Counted from the whole stretch's first letter, positions 11,040-22,533 are shown. The stretch: 63,035 bases of DNA, filler included, from Nemertoderma westbladi (GCA_032718475.1; 2 parts of 2 records of this genome joined end to end with filler, not necessarily neighbours in it); one strand, 5' to 3'. The notes: generated by a model from the letters alone, not told the origin. A program made the numbers and translations.

Positions 11040-11830
11040 TTGTACAGGACCCCCCCCCCCCCCCCCCCCACCCACGTATTGTTCTACAAATCTTTTGAGA
11101 TTACATGACAATTGAAATAGAGATGGTTTCACATGGGACGCAGCAAACGTGGCCCACGAGCAATCTTCACCCTTAAAATGACTGTTAGCTACCTCGTTTA
11201 TTGTTTTGGTTATAAATGTAACCTATCGTGTCTGTAACCTGCTCCTTTCCCTCAATCAGACGAAGGTTGGACGCAGGCGAAGATCGTACCCAAACCTTCA
11301 CATCGCTCCTCCTTAGTGGGTGAGCCAGAATTTGTATTTTTGCTCTACAAGCGTTTAAAAAAAGGTGTATCCGCCGATATTGTACCAGTTACACCGCGGT
11401 TATTCGTAACTTGTTGGTACTGTTAGAAAGCTGACTGTGCAAGGATTCCAAATATGTAACACAATCTGCATTTTCGTCGTAAAATAGCTGCGATATAGGC
11501 GTTGAAAAGTTACAGGATTTTACAGCTGCGCAAGGCAATTTTGTTCTATTTAAAATAAATACACCATATGCTATAGCATATTTTGTTTATCGCATAAGGT
11601 AGCTTGGCAACAATGCAATACCGCTTTAATCATACTATTACGTAGTTATTCAGACATATAGGACTTATGCAATATCGACGGAGTCACCTTTTTTAAATGC
11701 TTGAAGCTAAACAATGAATAGCAAAAATAAAAATTCGGGCTCACCCACTAAGGAAGGAGGAGGGAGTGACACTATCTCTTTTTAAAATTTCATATAATAA
11801 CAACACTATATACCAGGACATTGTGTATGT
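11040..11830. mobile_element. Long-TIR (foldback/Tc1-like) non-autonomous element family B, short copy
   Basis: Two inverted halves (TAGTGGGTGAGCCAGAATTT ... GGGCTCACCCACTAAGG); homologous to 25752-26190 / 29213-29696 and to fragments near 5700-5880, 22945-23200 and 60680-60750. Confidence 0.65.
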
Positions 11831-12510
11831 CCGTCAATGAACCAGTGGGACTGACTATATATTGAAACGTTTTGGGTGATTTTGGTAGGAAATTTTATTG
11901 TGATCAATAACCCGACTAATGCCCACTTTGCATCTTTAAGGATTTTGTTTCATTTGCCATTAAAAAATTGTCCCCAAGAACGCTTTTTTAAGACAAATTC
12001 ACTCGAAATAATAAATTTACTGTAGAAAATTAACAAATGGTACGTTTTCATCACAATTAAACGTAGGCCTACATCACCTGTATCCCCATATTATTACACA
12101 CTTTTATGACAATTTTAATTTCAGTCACACCTTACATATTTTCACGTAATTTTACAATACAATTGTGGAATAGTTTTTTAAATAAATATATTATTATACA
12201 ACCAGGAATTTAAGATTGATGCAATGGTATGTTATTGAATTAATTTTTAAAATTAATTTATCTGTACCAAACTTCGTTAACGTTACGGTATAGCACTCTT
12301 TGAGACTTGAAACCGGGGCTGCTCCCATTGGAATAATAGTGAGTAAAAACATTCTGGAACACACCCCTGAGGGATCGAAAATCGTATTGATTTTGCATAT
12401 AAAGTAAAGCAAGGTGTCGAATTTGGTCACGTTTAGGAAAATCCTCAATAATGCCAGTTGGGCATGAGTCGGATTATTGATGGCAACGATGACCTACCCG
12501 AATCAGTTAA

Positions 12511-13882
12511 CCCTTTACGTACCAAAGATAAATTACATAAATTTTTACTTCCAAGGACCAAGAAATATATATTTGATTGGACAAAGGTTTTTTTTTCTTG
12601 TCGGACCAGAGATTTTTATATAAAGAGGATAATCATATTAATACTTATCCAGCCCTAAAAGGCGGCACACTGCCGCATTTAACCATTTTCGAAATTTTTT
12701 AATCTATCATTTGAACTCCCTGGGGCGGCACACAGCCGCCTTAATTTTTTCTAACAAAATTATTGGCTAAATTGAAATTTAATCGCATAAATTATGTATT
12801 TTAAAATACCCTCAAACCAATAGAAATCCCTTCAAGCAATATTAAAGAACTTGATTATGACCTCTATTTTTACGCCCCAATAGTGATAAGAAAGTTATAA
12901 GAGGTTTTAAATAAAGGCGGCACTCTGCCGCCCTGGGCTTTAATTGCTGATGACTTAGGAGTACTCTCATTCTACGGCTCCTCAGCTCATTAGAACATGC
13001 TGCTTCTAGTGTTGGTCTTTTTTTTATTAACTCCTGAAAGACCAAAATTTTGACAGTTAACTTTGAAAGTCCTCAGGATGATCGGATGAGCATAAGCTCA
13101 AAGGATGGTATGCTTGAGCATGTGGACGACTTCTGTTACCTGGGATCATGGATCCGGAAGTCAGGCGAGGACCTTCGAATACGTAAGGGAAAGGCATGGG
13201 CAGCCTTGAATAGGCTTCCCAGGATTTGGAAGTCACAGGGAATTAATCGGAAACTTAAGGTCCGATTATTTACAGCAGCAGTAGTTCCAGTACTCCTATA
13301 TGGGAGTCAATGCACTGGGCTCTAACTGCTGCGGACACCAAATCTCTGGATGGCACATTCACAAGAATGCTACGGCGGGTTCATTGTGTCAAGTACAATG
13401 CACACATCTCCAACCAGACACTATATAACATTGGGGGTGTCTCATTGGTTCCCCCAAGCTTGACACTAGAACAAAGTCGCCTCCGCTTTGCAGGTCATTG
13501 CTTTCACCGTGAGGACCAGCCAGTGCATAATCTTGTACTTTGGCAGCCTCATGGAGTGAATAAGCATGGTGGACAGCCCATGACATTCTTGAGACGCATC
13601 TTAAAGGACCCTGGCCTTGAAGATGCGGATGATCTAGCAAATGTCATGGGTGATAGGGAGTTGTGGCGGCGCAATTTCGTCGACAAGCCGGCACAGCATT
13701 CTAAAAAAGCAGCTGCAATGCAGCATGCCGATCCTAGTAGTAAGGGTTTAATTTATAATTATTTAAAGGCGGCACACTGCCGCCCTTATGAACATGGTCC
13801 TGAATTATTTAGAATGAAAAAGGCGGCACTCTGCCGCCCTTGCGGCTGTTTGCCGCCATTTTTAGTGTTGGTACGCAAAGGG
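12511..13882. mobile_element. piggyBac-type non-autonomous element containing a nested RTE fragment
   Basis: TTAA on both sides (12507-10, 13883-86); TIR CCCTTTACGTACCAA / TTGGTACGCAAAGGG (14/15); repeated subterminal GGCGGCAC[AT]C[TA]GCCGC motifs. Confidence 0.85.
12944..13742 (+). mobile_element. Second RTE 3' fragment (frameshifted), nested in the piggyBac-type element
   Basis: Near-identical to 4254-5070 with small deletions and a frameshift near 13310; same GATCCTAGTAG tail. Confidence 0.9.
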
Positions 13883-15097
13883 TTAAAACATTTACTATAT
13901 ACTTCCATGCACGGTATAGTACAATATATGCCGTAATAAATAGAACTCCCCCCCTGTCATATGCCGAATTTAATGGAGATTTCAAATTTGCAAGCAGCAT
14001 TCTCATATCTTTACTCAAACTCAAGTTATTACCCAAAACGTAAAAGCTAGTCTGATTTTTGACAGCTATATATAGCTACATTTACAATTGACTTCAATTG
14101 TTTTATTAGCGAGGATTAAAACAGGGACTCCTGTTTTTTTTTTCGTCCTAAATTCCGGAGTGGTTTAGCGGTTATCAACACCCCCCCCCCATTGACTAAT
14201 AGACGACTTTGCTGGCTGTGCTCAACAAATATCTCTGCGGAGTTCGGAAATTGTCAAAACATTATAAGTTTATTTATACAAATAGATTTATAATAATTAT
14301 TTTACTAACACAATGAGAAGATTAAGTAATTAAAATATACGAAGACTGCAATAATATACATAATTCACTGCCAAATATAATTATAAAACGCATTGCAGCA
14401 CATTAAGTTTAAAGATAATAGACAAACGGTTAACGAAAGTTTAGCAATTATTGTACATAATATGGATACCAAAATAAACGAATAAGTTACCAGTTTTTTA
14501 TGATAACAATAATCGATGTACATTATCATTCTCTCGGATAGAGCAGGCCGTTATAACAACAATAAAATAAAGGTAGTCAACATCCAAATACATAATTATA
14601 TAAAACAATAGCTAGAGAAGTCCTCAACGATTAATGGGTTCTTTTAGAGATAATAGCACATTGTAATAGGTTAACTCCTAAAGAAAGTTGTCAAATTATG
14701 TGTTTATCTTTATGATAAAAACATAATTTAATACCCAATTGGAATCAATGATATCGAAATCTTTGAGGATTTAACTTGGAATATCAGAATCACGTGAACT
14801 AATTTAATAATTTAAATAAAATATATGGTTTCATAAGAAATTGTCGTTATCCAGTTGTATTTTACTGATATTTAGTAATATTATTATTAATATTAATAAT
14901 AAATATTAATATTATTAATAAATAGACTAACAGATAGTGGAAAATCAATTGAATTGCAATAATAAAGGTACAGAAAACAAGCGGAAGCTTTTTAAGATAC
15001 TAATATTTCTATTAACTTCAGTCCCAGAGTAATTAAAAACATCTTCAAAAAGTTGAACTGTTGTATTGTATTAGTTCGAGGGCAATATCTGTGTGAC

Positions 15098-15453
15098 TCA
15101 GTCACTGTCCGATAGGACAATGACGTCATCGCAGCGGGGTAGTGATTGGTTAATCGGTCGAGCGCTGCTCAGGGGCAGGGCGGACCCTGATTGGTTAAAA
15201 GATCTGCTGCCACCCAGGGGTAGGAAGGACTGTGATTGGTTGACGGGTCGGCCGCTACTAAGCCCGGCCGATTGGCCAGCCGCACCGGTGGGGGTGGCGC
15301 TGGGCCGGGGCCCCGATTGCACCGCGAACAGACTGTGGTCCATGGTCTGCACGAAGTAGGACCGGTCGCTCGCGTAGACCAGGTTCACCAGCTCCCCAGC
15401 CGGGATCCGCTCCCGCAGGTTGCCCGAGCGACTGGATCCCGGGATGGGAATGT
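15098..15453 (-). CDS. RAD54L2: RAD54L2/ARIP4 terminal coding exon
   Basis: Acceptor tttctctgtttcAG; DIPIPG..RERIPAGE.V......Y..T.D..LFAV resembles the ARIP4 C-terminal conserved block; TGA at 15100-15098; phase fits the previous exon. Confidence 0.8.
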
Positions 15454-15701
15454 CTGAAACAGAGAAACGGAAAACACATGGGTCAGAAATCGAGATGGCA
15501 GAAGACCTGCAATAATATAACATTAGGGGCCTTTCTTGGGGTTGAGGTGTTACTGCGATATGGACTCACCGTAACGCATGGCTCGCTCACCATCATGTAA
15601 ACATGACTCTATACTAGACAAAGTTAAGATATGCAAGTGTGTATACGGTACCCTTATATACTATTATACCCTGACAGTAAAACAAGTAATGTGACTGCCG
15701 A

Positions 15702-15908
15702 TAGTCTGACGACTTATTTCCAGTGCGGTCCCCCCTGAACTATACTCCCCAGATGAGATGAAACTCCAGTACTCATTTAGCTACCATAAAAAGATGAAAG
15801 CAGAGATACGCGCTGGGGTTAGTCTCTTTAAAGGCATTAGCATATTGCTAAAACGATAACTGCCCCGGCCCCCATACGAGGATCGAATGCAACCACTACA
15901 CCAAGGCG
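15702..15908 (-). mobile_element. Truncated tRNA-SINE family 2 copy
   Basis: Homologous to 61936-62205 (GTCTGACGACTTATTTCCAGTGCGGTCCCCCC ... ACCACTACACCAAGG). Confidence 0.8.
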
Positions 15909-16473
15909 ATGTGGATGGTTTTCGATATTTCCTCACTTCTTAGAAACAAACAAAAATAATTTAAATTTAAAATATTATATTTCATTATTTATGCGACACA
16001 CGATATTGCAGGGGAGATTACAATTTGTGCCGAACTGGGACATAGGGGGCAGGAAGTGTCAAATTTCGCGGAAAAAACCGTGACATCATTTATAAACGGG
16101 CACTAAAACTATAAATATTATACAACAAAAAAAAAACAATATTGAATATTGTTTGTTGTATATGGTAATTTAATTGTAGATCAATCAGTAATTTAAATAA
16201 GGATTACATTTTGGTTAATTTACGAAAATTCGACGTTATATTATTCGGATTTATATTAAAAAAAATAGTAAATTAAAAAAACCTTCACCCAAATTCCAAC
16301 GCAATAGTAAGTGTTGTTAGGGTGAAGCGATCCCCCACCAGACCTCGGTTTTAACCCTGCGTTAAACGTTAGTTGAACCCATGTCATCCAGAGCCCTTAC
16401 AGCTAAGAGCATACAGGCACAGTGCATTAATTATTATAAGTGGAAAATAAAATACATATTTTCGGACTCGCAC

Positions 16474-16661
16474 CTTTGGGAAGTCGTACGTTTTTCATGC
16501 CGAGTATCCGTAGATTTCCGGGGAGGGTTGGGGGTTGCAACGGCAACCCCGGGTGCGGAGGTTGGTGGTGTCGGGGTTGATTTGGGTTGAACTGGAAGCG
16601 GGACATCGCGTTGGAAAACATTGGGCGGACGCTAACCGTCGGTCGAGAATAAACTGGGTTC
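16474..16661 (-). CDS. RAD54L2: RAD54L2/ARIP4 internal exon (Pro/Gln-rich)
   Basis: ccttAG|...|GTgcg boundaries, 188 nt, phases 2/1 consistent with both neighbours; NPVYSRPTVSVRPMF...NVRLPK. Confidence 0.7.
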
Positions 16662-17040
16662 CTAAGGATAAAGAATTCTAGAATATAGGAAGTTGTTAGT
16701 TATAAAGTTTGAATACGAGAATAACACATTAAATATAAAACCAAACGGCTAAACACGTTACACAAACAAGTCTTGGTTACATCCAAATGTAATTTAACTT
16801 TAGATCCAAATGTAATTAAATTTTGGTTGCTATTTAGCCAAAAAAAAATATTTTCAATTAGTGTTTAAATAGATTTGACTAATACGCCAGCGTGCTACGC
16901 ATTGGATGTAGCCATACTAGAACGGATATAGGACAATTGGGAAACATTATTAAAAATCATAATTTCTGTTTGTGTCCGTGTCCCAATTGTCCGGGTCCCT
17001 TACAGAATATCATTTAACTTAGACTTCTAGAGTTACTAAC

Positions 17041-17174
17041 CGTCCAGTTAGTGGGACGGGTCCTCTCCCAGACTGTTTCTCAATCTCATAGGTTCGTCTA
17101 GCCAGTCTCTCCTCCGCTTTGGTTAGTCTCTGGTCCTGTCGATCCTCCAGCAAGGATTCGTGTTCGAATGGAGC
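17041..17174 (-). CDS. RAD54L2: RAD54L2/ARIP4 internal exon
   Basis: aatAG|APFEHESLLEDRQDQRLTKAEERLARRTYEIEK...|GTtagt; PFEHESLL..LTKAE is the ARIP4/ATRX post-helicase motif. Confidence 0.9.
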
Positions 17175-17180
17175 CTATTG

Positions 17181-19026
17181 AAATGAGTTACAGCGTTACC
17201 GAATGGGTAACAGCGTTACGGAATGGGTTACAGCGTTACGAAATGGGTTACAGCGTTACGGAATGGGTTACAGCGTTACGGAATGGGTTACAGCGTTACC
17301 GAATGGGTTACAGCGTTACGAAATGGGTTACAGCGTTACGGAATGGGTTACAGCGTTACAGAAAGGGTTACAGAGTTACGGAATGGGTAACAGCGTTACG
17401 GAATGGGTTACAGCGTTACGGAATGGGTTACAGGGTTACGGAATGGGTTACAGCGTTACGGAATGGGTTACAGAGTTACGGAATGAGTTACAGCGTTACG
17501 GAATGGGTTACAGCGTTACGGAATGGGTTACAGCGTTATGGGATGGGTTACAGAGTTACGGAATGAGTTACAGCGTCACGGAATGGGTTCCAGCGTTACG
17601 GAAAGGGTTACAGCGCTACGGAATGGGTTACAGCGTTACGAAATGGGTTACAGCGTTACGGAATGGGTTACAGCGTTACGGAATGGGTTACAGAGTTACG
17701 GAATGGGTTACAGCGTTACGAAATGGGTTACAGAGTTACGGAATGGGTTACAGCGTTACGGAAAGGGTTACAGCGTTACGGAATGGGTTACAGCGTTACG
17801 AAATGGGTTTCAGCGTTACGGAATGGGTTACAGAGTTACGGAATGGGTTACAGCGTTACGGAATGAGTTACAGCGTCACGGAATGGGTTCCAGCGTTACG
17901 GCAAGGGTTACAGCGCTACGGAATGGGTTACAGCGTTACGAAATGGGTTACAGCGTTACGGAATGGGTTACAGGGTTACGGAATGGGTTACAGCGTTACG
18001 AAATGGGTTACAGAGTTACGGAATGGGTTACAGCGTTACGGAATGGGTTACAGAGTTACGGAATGGGTTACAGCGTTACGGAATGGGTTACAACGTTACG
18101 GAATGGGTTACAGGGTTACGGAATGGGTTACAGCGTTACGGAATGGGTTACAGAGTTACGGAATGGGTTACAGCGTTACGGAATGGGTTACAGCGTTACG
18201 GAATGGGTTAGAGCGTTATGGGATGGGTTACAGAGTTACGGAATGAGTTACAGCGTCACGGAATGGGTTCCAGCGTTACGGAAAGGGTTACAGCGCTACG
18301 GAATGGGTTACAGCGTTACGAAATGGGTTACAGCGTTACGGAATGGGTTACAGCGTTACGGAATGGGTTACAGAGTTACGGAATGGGTTACAGCGTTACG
18401 AAATGGGTTACAGAGTTACGGAATGGGTTACAGCGTTACGGAAAGGGTTACAGCGTTACGGAATGGGTTACAGCGTTACGAAATGGGTTTCAGCGTTACG
18501 GAATGGGTTACAGAGTTACGGAATGGGTTACAGCGTTACGGAATGAGTTACAGCGTCACGGAATGGGTTCCAGCGTTACGGAAAGGGTTACAGCGCTACG
18601 GAATGGGTTACAGCGTTACGAAATGGGTTACAGCGTTACGGAATGGGTTACAGGGTTACGGAATGGGTTACAGCGTTACGAAATGGGTTACAGAGTTACG
18701 GAATGGGTTACAGCGTTACGGAAAGGGTTACAGCGTTACGGAATGGGTTGCAGCGTTACGAAATGGGTTTCAGCGTTACGGAATGGGTTACAGAGTTACG
18801 GAATGGGTTACAGCGTTACGGAATGAGTTACAGCGTCACGGAATGGGTTCCAGCGTTACGGAAAGGGTTACAGCGCCACGGAATGGGTTACAGCGTTACG
18901 AAATGGGTTACAGCGTTACGGAATGGGTTACAGCGTTACGAAATGGGTTACAGTGTTACGGAATGGGTTACAGCGTTACGGAATGGGTTACAGCGTTACT
19001 GAATGGGATACAGCGTTACGGAATGC
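17181..19026. repeat. 20-bp satellite (GAATGGGTTACAGCGTTACG)n, ~92 copies, intronic
   Basis: Exact 20-nt period with no indels seen; variant block GAATGAGTTACAGCGTCACG recurs at 17561, 17861, 18241, 18541 and 18821. Confidence 0.98.
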
Positions 19027-19162
19027 CCCCCCCCAACCTCCGTCTCTTATAGGCACAAAAGTAGGTTAAAGTCACGTGATAAATATTCCTATTTACAATG
19101 AGTGAACGATGTCGCCGATGAGTTATAAACTCCCATACTGGTTGAGAAACTGAGGGACTTAC

Positions 19163-19338
19163 CTTAACTAAAGCGTCGCTGAAACGCAAACAAACATCCC
19201 GCAGTATCGGGTCCGTGTAGTCGTCCAGTATATCAGTTAGGTCTATTCGGGGCTCCGGGGTCGGTTTGTATTGCATTAGTGTCTCAATATCGCGTCGGAG
19301 GAGAATTGCTGCTGGGTTGTGTTCGTCGACAACTCGAT
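19163..19338 (-). CDS. RAD54L2: RAD54L2/ARIP4 internal exon
   Basis: accAG|(D)RVVDEHNPAAILLRRDIETLMQY...DPILRDVC..ALVK|GTaagt; continues QGMS-DRVVD. Confidence 0.9.
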
Positions 19339-19628
19339 CTGGTCATAAAAACAGACGAAACGAGAAATTATAAATTGTTACGATTTAAGATAGAACAAAT
19401 TAGAGACTTATAAATAAATTGAAAGTTACGATTTGAGATAATAAATTTTAATTAATTGTCTCAAATTAAAAGGCACAATTAATTGTATTTGTTTATATTA
19501 TTTTAATTTAATTAATTATATTAATTGTGCCCTTTTCGAACGCGTCTGGCGTCCTAACTAGTGTTACCACCACTTTTAATTAAATTTTAGCATGATTCCT
19601 AACTCACAGATTTTAATTATATTAAGTA

Positions 19629-19900
19629 GCAGCAGCTTGGTCTAGTGGTGACATTACTGGGCTTCCGATTAGGGAGCTCTGGTTCGATTCCTAGATGGGG
19701 CAGCACTGTTTGGGCACAGTGTTTTAAATGCTGCAGTCTAGCCTAATCCCCGCTTTCATCCTTCAGTGGTCGATAAATGGGAACCAAGGCAACTTGGGAA
19801 AGAGAGTGGAAGGGTTTACTGTGGAAGATCACCCATGGTGGTGAACAGGCATTCCTCGGCTTAACGAGCCTAAAAGATTCTCCCATTCATTAATTATATT
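19629..19900 (+). mobile_element. tRNA-derived SINE family 1 with Deu/Nin-like core; its 3' part matches the satellite monomer
   Basis: A box TGGTCTAGTGG (19638), B box GGTTCGATTCC (19681), core GCTTTCATCCTTCAGTGGTCGATAAATGGGAACC; 19794-19856 matches the 63-bp satellite unit. Confidence 0.8.
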
Positions 19901-20081
19901 TTTTAAATTGAATTTTAATATCAATGAATTACTTTAATTAAGTACTGTATATTTTCCTAAACCTACAAATTAATCATTTGATATAATTTTACCGTAACAT
20001 TTAACATTTACCCCGCATGGTGGTGTAAAACATTATTATAATCAATTTTACGGAATGAGTTTTACTTGAATCTGACTTTAC

Positions 20082-20248
20082 CTGACATTCCTTGCTTTGA
20101 TATTTGCCGGTCGTATATCTTTTTCTCCAACGAGTTGTTCGTGATAAACCTGTAAACGTGACACTTTTTCGTCTGGCCGTACCGGTACACCCGACATATC
20201 GCCTGCACATCGTGACAAGGATTCCACGATGCATCAAACACAATGACT
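20082..20248 (-). CDS. RAD54L2: RAD54L2/ARIP4 exon, helicase motif VI
   Basis: tttAG|VIVFDASWNPCHDVQAICRVYRYGQTKKCHVYRFITNNSLEKKIYDRQISKQGMS|GTaaag; WNPCHD and KQGMS point to ARIP4 rather than ATRX. Confidence 0.95.
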
Positions 20249-21074
20249 CTAAAATTGAAGAAAGTAATTATATAAATATAGATTATTTTTTATAATTTTT
20301 TTTTATGACGGGATCTCGGTTGGCGAGAGACCCCGACCGGTCCACTTGGTGATGTTCCCTACGCGCTCGCGCTGGCTACTAGCTAGGTGTATAGACTGAC
20401 TGACTTGGCCGTAGGCCGCTGGAATAAAAGAGTTTGTTTCTGGTGAACGTTACTGATACTTGACTGTCTGACTGTAGTACAGCGCTAATCGCAGTGATAA
20501 TAGCACAGAAAAATATTTGCGTGGAATACTATTTCACATCACATCTAGAACACTGAATAAATGCCAACTAAGTTACAATACAAGTGACCGTTAATATAAT
20601 GTTAAGGGGAAAAATACATTCGATACACTCCTTTAACCGACATGTGCTGGCCTCCCATTGGCTACTTATCACCCCATGAATCTACCTCCACAACTGCCCA
20701 GCTGGTCCTATTGCATCATCCCTTTGCTGGTATTCCCTGTTGGGTACCTTGATGGCCAACTTGGTAAATCCCCCCCCCCCCCACATTTTGTGGTTGGAAT
20801 GCATAGCGGAATGGATCCGCTAACATTTTTGCTTTAATTATTAAGATAGTACAAATTTTCAGGCGGTTTACAATTATATATTTTTTTAAATTGTCTACAC
20901 AGTCTAAATTGTTTCTGACTCCTCTATATATGCCCTATTCGTAGAGTTTAGGCCTTTGACTTGGTACCTCGATCTAGACAAACTACATAAGTTGAATATA
21001 CATTCGGTATCCATGGCAACCTCCTCAGAATAATAAATATCATTATCACTGGAGCTCTGCTCGGGTTCCTGCAA

Positions 21075-21475
21075 CTATTATTAGCTTGTTTGTTGGTGTG
21101 TTTGTGACTGGGTGCGTGTGTGGTTGGAATGTTTGAACGCTAATAAGTCAGTCAATCATGGATGAAATGGAACCAAACTTGGTACACATGTGCATGTAGT
21201 CTATCAAAAGTTTAGAAATTCTACACACAGACAGACTTCTATAGTTTCTCTGTCTGCCGCTAGGGGGCGAATTGACAGAAACGGAAAAGTAGCTGTAATT
21301 ATAGAACAAACCATCACATTCATCTGAAATTTGGTTGTACTGTAGTAACCTACGAGCATTGCTTAATTAGAAATTTTACAGACAGACATACAGACTTTTA
21401 CAGTTCCTCTGTCTGCCGCTAGGGGGCGAATTGTCAAAACTCCAGTTCATCATACTTAGCACGGTTTAATAAGTG
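21075..21475. mobile_element. Non-autonomous repeat (Helentron/DINE-like) with two CTCF-consensus-like motifs
   Basis: GT-rich microsatellite-like 5' part, ACCAAACTTGGTACA motif, internal ~50-bp direct repeat containing GCCGCTAGGGGGCGA (21256, 21415). Confidence 0.45.
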
Positions 21476-21499
21476 TAAATTTGAAACAGTCGGACAATC

Positions 21500-22200
21500 G
21501 AACAGCTCAAAGGCGTCCCCTCAAGGGTGATAGTCTCAGTCCATTCCTTTTCATAATATTCATTCTTGACATCGTAGACTTTATTACCAGTGCAGTCCGA
21601 CATATTGGTAAATTTACTATGTTACTATTCGCGGATGATCTCTTAATGTACTCAGAATGCAGAGAGGTAATCCAGGAGGCGCTCAACGTTCTTACTGAAT
21701 GGTGTAAAATACATAATCCTCAAGTGAATCTCACAAAAACACAAAACGTTAAATTCCGAAGAGGAGGTCGCCTGTGCACGAGTGATAAGTTCACATTTCT
21801 AGGACAGCCAGTAAAAATTGACACCTCTATTACTCCTTAGATGTTCTATAAACAGGGCCAGTGCGCTAGCTCTGTGTGTAGAAAACTCCGTAATGGAAGA
21901 TGTTGTCGACTCGCATAAACTTCCGGAAACAAAATCATACCGGAAATGTAAATCAGAAAGGGATCTGAAGATATCCGAAATTCCGGCAGAATTCTGGTCG
22001 GGAATAGGATTCACTAATAGACAGTGGAACTGTACCTATACGAGATCGACATGTTTTTACGCGATTCACGGTTTTCGTCACCGTATTTGCACCAGATCAG
22101 ACTTCTACATCGCCGAAACTTCCTGTGTCGCTCCTGTATATGAGGCCGACACCTGTTATCATAGTATAACGCAGCGGCTACCTTTGGCTGTTAATTATAT
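21500..22200 (+). mobile_element. Degenerate non-LTR retrotransposon RT fragment (different family from the RTE copies)
   Basis: LKGDSLSPFLFIIFI...LLFADDL...L.EWC....VN..KT..VKFRRGG; broken by stop/frameshift. Confidence 0.75.
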
Positions 22201-22533
22201 TTTAATATTTATTTTTTGTATCAATCGCATTTTGTTTTATTTAAAATTTATGGTACGATCTTTGGCTTGAGTCAAATAATATAATTTTTCAGGCGGTTTG
22301 ACAATTTCATTTTTTTGCAAGTGGGCAATTAATGATAAAAAACAACGCGGAACGTTTTCGTTATTTACCCGTTCCTCTACCGTTCCAACCAACCCGTTCC
22401 ACTACCGTTCCCTCCAACGCGTTCCAACTAGCCCAAGAGAGACGAAGCTATATGTAAAAAATCATTGTGGCCCGTACAATGATTTTTTACATATAGCTAT
22501 TACAGATAATAATTATACTAATTAATTGATTAC

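Noticed and set aside
17181-19026. Telomeric array (GGGTTA in each unit)
   Set aside because: Only one GGGTTA per 20-mer, no (TTAGGG)n or (TTAGG)n run, and it lies internal to a gene.
17168-19052. Long ORFs (up to 509 aa) of MGYSVTEWVTALRNGLQRY repeats
   Set aside because: Products of a stop-free 20-bp satellite lying antisense within a RAD54L2 intron; all three frames give the same peptide.
19629-19705. Functional tRNA genes (also near 58015, 62205, 27640)
   Set aside because: A/B boxes are present but no convincing cloverleaf; three continue into SINE bodies and the 27640 one lies inside element E.
20307-20493. Solo LTR (TG...CA with AATAAA); similar GC-richer island at 10530-10820
   Set aside because: No target-site duplication or second copy in the window to support boundaries.
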